Shown in pieces: positions 46,006 to 46,073 of a stretch of DNA of 46,073 nt. The notes under the pieces are model-generated. The model searched no databases. It worked only from the letters and a program-made list of their open reading frames with translations, and was not told where the DNA came from. Position numbers and translations under genes: made by a program. Origin of the DNA: Ignavibacteriota bacterium (GTDB lineage Bacteria > Bacteroidota > Ignavibacteria > UBA10030 > UBA6906); contig PMNE01000109.1 of assembly GCA_003162635.1 (NCBI GenBank), positions 10,719 through 56,791 of the forward strand, read 5' to 3'. Within the stretch, counting starts at the first letter, position 1; the number at the start of each line of letters is the position of its first letter.

Positions 46006-46073
46006 GAACGGATCCCAATCATGAGGGGGAAAAAAGAATCGCTCGCCTCCTGTGCGCCGGGTTTGCCACCGGG

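Noticed and set aside
46006-46073. FNR/anaerobox upstream of ccoS
   Set aside because: No TTGAT-N4-ATCAA in the 68 nt available; the promoter may lie outside the window
1-46073. CRISPR arrays, tRNA/rRNA, IS elements, prophage, frameshifted pseudogenes
   Set aside because: No regularly spaced repeats, RNA gene signatures, transposase/integrase motifs or interrupted reading frames were seen; intergenic spaces are short

Overview
GC-rich bacterial chromosomal window. Gene content suggests an Ignavibacteria/FCB-type lineage, but that is inference only. Bases 1-18.8 kb are mostly housekeeping: mutS2 5' end, cvpA, yqeY, SDR, exported peroxiredoxin, M28 peptidase, a hemerythrin/DUF971/flavin-reductase group, tryptophanase, apt, enoyl-CoA hydratase, glnA with an Lrp regulator, rpe, a PASTA protein and a cdd-tdk-nupC-PNP salvage operon. 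Bases 18.8-46 kb form a ~27 kb respiratory supercluster of two minus-strand modules separated by an oppositely oriented bshC. Module 1 is ccoS-ccoN-ccoO plus a monoheme cytochrome c, translationally coupled to alternative complex III (actA, unknown 2-TM gene, actBCDEF). Module 2 is Rieske, cyt b6, subunit IV, an octaheme cytochrome c, an amicyanin-like cupredoxin protein and an A-family oxidase (coxA/C/D/B) with ctaA, ctaB, DUF420 and a FixI-like Cu ATPase. Many subunits are non-canonical. CoxA lacks the K-channel lysine, CoxB has a ~70-aa insertion inside the CuA domain, and subunit IV has APWY instead of PEWY. CcoN has FQG instead of FEG, and ActB keeps an FS0 cysteine motif. No rRNA, tRNA, CRISPR or mobile element was recognised. 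Reference residue numbers are from recall and need confirming by alignment.
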